A DNA stretch of 64,000 nt. Source: Octopus vulgaris. Its lineage: Eukaryota. Every line of letters starts with the position of its first letter. Within the stretch, counting starts at the first letter, position 1. The DNA lies in assembly GCA_951406725.2 (NCBI GenBank), contig OX597837.1, positions 13,764,001-13,828,000 of the forward strand. Reading direction: 5' to 3'. Shown here in pieces: positions 59,918-64,000 of the stretch. A program made the translations under genes and the position numbers. The notes beneath the pieces were generated by a model, which saw only the letters and a list, made by a program, of their open reading frames with translations, was not told where the DNA came from and did no database searches.

Positions 59918-62900
59918 CACAACCGAAACTATGCCGGCGGAATTCTAGATTAAGCACCCCAAATAATCCCTCATATCTATTTTTTTAAATTTCAGTTTGG
60001 GGAATTTTTCAGAAAATGTCTGCGAACTTGTGTTCTACAGACGGGAATGCATACGATTACGGAAGGAATAAAAATTGTGTGTGTGTGATTTCGCCGTTGT
60101 TTTTTAGCACACCCCACGACTACCTGATATCGTCCTCCTCATTTCTTTGTCATTCTGACATGTATTCATGTTTTTCAATACTTTTCTCCCCCAAAGCATA
60201 TTTAATGGAGTGACAGGGCCCTCAAGGACGATCCACTGCTGGGATTTAAACAAAGAATTTCGACTGTCCGTATTTTAAATTCTGATTTTTAACAAATTAT
60301 CGGAAAACAAGTGGAAAATTCAGGCTATATATGGGATGGGGGGGGGGGTATAAAAATTTTTTTCATTTTCATAATCCCATGAATTCCTGTGTATAGAACA
60401 CAAATTCGCAAAAATTTTCTGAAAATTAAAAAAAAATGAAGTTATGGCGGAGAAGGGGGGGAGGGGGCTTAAACCAAAATTCTGTCTTTTTTTTCTTTAT
60501 CTTATACCTGGTATTTATTCTGTCGTTCTCTTTTTGTTGAATTATAGAATTACTTGGCTGCAAACAAACCAACAATGGTTAGGAAGCGCTGGGGAAGGGG
60601 ACAAACGCAAGGATGCTCACGCACACTCACCTCCACCACACACATATATATATTGTACACGACAGGCTTCTTTTAGTTTCCGTCTACCAAATTCATTCAC
60701 AAACCTTTGATAGTCATGGAGCCATAGTAGAAGATACTTGCCCAAGTTACCATGCAGTGGGACTGAACCCCTGGACCATGTGATTGGGTGGCAAAATTCT
60801 TACCTGACAACCATGCCTGGGAATTATTATTATTTTTTTTTTTTTTTTGTCAAACTGGCAAAACTTGACGTTCAAGCGTAATCAGTTCTTTTACTGAAGA
60901 AGCAGAATTTTGGAATTGGTATCATTATTTCAAAGGTGGCGAGCTGGCAGAATCATTAGCACGCCAGCCGGAATGCTTAGCAGTATTTCGGCTGCCGTTA
61001 CGTTCTGAGTTCAAATTCCGCTGGGGTTGACTTTGCCTTTCACCCTTTTGGAGTCGATAAATTAAGTACCAGTTATGCACTGGGGTCGATGTAATCGACT
61101 TAATCCGTTTGTCTGTCCTTGTTTGTCCCCTCTGTGTTTAGCCCCTTGTGGGCAGTAAAGAAGTAGGTATCATTATTTCATTTGGAAAGGAGGGAGGCGG
61201 AAAACTGGGTATTGTTTTCCTTTCAGTTCTTTTTTGTTCTTACACAGTAATGGACCGTTTATCTTGCTTTTAGAAATCCAGAATACTATGCGATGTTTCT
61301 GAAGTGGATTAATTTGCATATGGTGTGTTGAAAATAGTTTAATTCTTTTTAAGTGGATTAATAAAGATTAAACATAATTCTGCTTTAGAAGCGCATTAAT
61401 TTGTACCAGTATATGTTAAATAAAATCTTTACTCGATTAATTTTCATCCTATCAAACAGACCCTAAGGAGCGTTCTGTCAGTTATGATGACAAGGGTCCC
61501 AGCTGATACAATCAACAGAACAACTTGCTTGTGAGATTAACATGCAAGTGGCTGAGCACTCTACAGACTTACATACCCTTAACCCAGTTCTTAGGGAGAT
61601 TCAATGAGACACAAGATGTGACAAGGATGCCCCTTTGAAACACAGGTACTACTCACTTTTGTCAGCTGAGTGGACTGGAGCAACATGAAAATAAAGTATC
61701 TTGCTCAAGAACACAATGCGTCACCAGGAATTGATCTCATGACCTTATGATCGTGAACCAAACGCCTTAACCACTAAGCCATGTACCTTCACAAACAAAC
61801 CCTACTTTAGAAGTGTATTAATTTGAATCTGATATACACAATTTTGCTCTTCATTTTTGATAGTTTATTTCAGATTCTAAGTACAGGAATTACAATTCTG
61901 ATTTGTTTTTCCTCAAGGTGCTGCACAGTGAGACTGAACTCAGACCCATGCAGTTGCAAAAGGAGCTTCTTAACCACACAGCCATGCCTGAATTTTGTTT
62001 TACCCTTTAGCATTTGAACAGGCTGTAGCCAACCGAAATATTCTACCTGTTTTGTGTGAAACTGGCCAAATCTGGCCCCTTACACCTACTCTACAATGCC
62101 ATTCTACAAATAAACAATCATGTCATGAAAATCTTGAAGCTGCAAGATGTTCTTTTATTCTTTTACTCGTTTCAGTCATTTGACTGCGTCCATGCTGGAG
62201 CACCGCCTTCAGTCGAGCAAATCGACCCCAGGACTTATTCTTTGTAAGCCTAGTACTTATTCTGTCAGTCTCTTTTGCCGAACTGCTAAGTTACGGGGAC
62301 GTAAACACACCAGCATCGGTTGTCAAGCGATGTTGGGAGGGACAAACACACACACACAAACACATATATATATATACATATATACGACGTTCTTCTTTCA
62401 GTTTCCATCTACCAAATCCACTCACAAGGCTTTGATCGGCCCGAGGCCATAGTAGAAGACACTTGCCCAAGGTGCCACACAGTGGGACTGAACCCAGAAC
62501 CATGTGGTTGGTAAGCAAGCTACTTACCACATGACTATTCCCACGCCTATGCATGATTAATTAAAAAAAATAACGAGAATAAATAAGCATTACATTTGAC
62601 AATAATTTGAACGCTAAAGGTTTAATATGACACCTGTGCCAATGTCACATAAAAAACACCTGTGCTGGTGCCATGTAATAACACACCCAGTACATTGTAA
62701 AGTGGTTGGCATTAGGAAGGGCATCCAGCCATGGAAGCCATGCCAAAACAGACAGTTTGAAGTCTGGCGTCACTCTCTGGCTGGTCAGCTCCTGGTAAAC
62801 TGACCAACCCATGCCAGCAGGGAAAAGATGATGACGTCACATTGCAACCAACTTGTTCTTGGTCGACCCATTAGGTCTCCTCCTGGTTTCCTCAGCTTCA

Positions 62901-63298
62901 AGAATCTATCTTACAATTCTTTCCTGTGGAATTCCAATCACATGTTTGTAGGATCAGAGCTGTGACATCTCGATGCACCAAAGTGGTGGCTTCACCTGGA
63001 GAGACACTCATTGACCTCCAAGCTGTACACCCTGTTAATTAACATTACTCCAGGGACCATTTGGAGGGACCCCATTTCAGCCTCTTCTATTTGTGATGGT
63101 ACTGTTGAGGAACTCCTTCAACCATTCATCAACACCCGTGAAAGAAAGGAGCCACTTGTGTGTGATTTTGATGTCACATTTGTTGGAAGCATGCAAAATA
63201 ACCTGGAAACGAAAAAAAAAAAACCCACAAAGTAAAACTCCATTGCTGGGAAACTCAGAGTTTCCTGGTGACCCAACGGGTAGTATATATATATTTAT

Positions 63299-63329
<31 letters not shown>

Positions 63330-64000
63330 TATACTAGCAGAAATATCTGACATTGCTTGGGATTAAAATGGTATAGTTTTATATTCTTTTACTTGTTTCA
63401 GTCATTTGATTGTGGCCATGCTGGAGCACTGCCTTTAGTAGAACAAAAGGAAAGAAAGAAAGAAAGAGTGAAGAGTGTGTGTGTGTGTGTGTATGTGTAT
63501 ATATGTATGTATATAAGTATATATATACACACACACACATGTAGGGTTTAAATGTAACTGCTGTTGCAGTGAAGATGTAAGGTTCTCTAATTGGTGACCC
63601 CAAGTGAAGAAGAATACTGAACAATAGAAAATAGTATCCACATGTTTATTTGCTTGCAAGTGGTGAGAAAGTCTGTTGTATTTCAGGACAGCCATTAAAA
63701 AAAATTTTGTTTTTTAGCTAAATAAACACAGACACTATACATTCGTTCTTCACTCATTTATTATTGTTCTTATTTTAACTTGTGTCCATTGTCCAGAAAT
63801 CTTTCATCACACCTCTTCAGCAACACTTTCCATTCTCACTGCTCTACTTGGTAGTAATTGTTAATAATTGACAGGGACAAAGCTTCGCCTGTTGGTTGTT
63901 GTGAATTGTGCTGACAGAGAGAGAGAGAAAGAGAAGGATTACACTCTGTTGACAAAGAGAAACAAAGGATAAAGATGGCATTGTCCTCTTTTGATTCTGG

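Noticed and set aside
60016-63700. Plus-strand gene divergent from UBE4A
   Set aside because: Only scattered weak splice-like sites (e.g. about 61874-61917) and no recognisable peptide, so no model can be supported.

Overview
Repeat-saturated, AT-rich animal genomic DNA. The SINE families and microsatellite load point to a coleoid cephalopod, most likely Octopus; this is inferred from repeat style, not proven. The one confidently identifiable gene is UBE4A (Ufd2-family U-box E3/E4 ubiquitin ligase) on the minus strand. It has 17 phase-consistent GT-AG coding exons from ATG 55424 to TAA 31407 (3126 nt, 1041 aa), plus two probable non-coding 5' exons and an ETS/NRF1-type CpG-rich promoter at about 58.6-58.75 kb. 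A second, unidentified minus-strand gene appears to start near 28.8 kb. It has uORF-rich spliced leader exons, a His/Gln-rich first coding exon (20774-20375) and an alternative first coding exon (1207-1036); both end in phase 1 and would splice to exons not identified here, probably left of the window. The rest is tRNA-derived SINEs, decayed LINE ends (RTE, CR1, Dong/R4), Penelope-like remnants, mariner and piggyBac fossils, and intact MITEs with target-site duplications. The most notable observations are an inverted pair of minimal hammerhead ribozymes (2947-3264), two palindromic transposons abutting the UBE4A promoter, an AUGA-overlapping uORF at the UBE4A start, a stop-free intron behind a weak UBE4A donor, and a signal-peptide ORF broken by a single UAG. 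Most ORFs in the supplied track are microsatellite or SINE artefacts. I cannot establish a new biological system from sequence alone. Repeat boundaries are approximate unless TIR/TSD positions are given.
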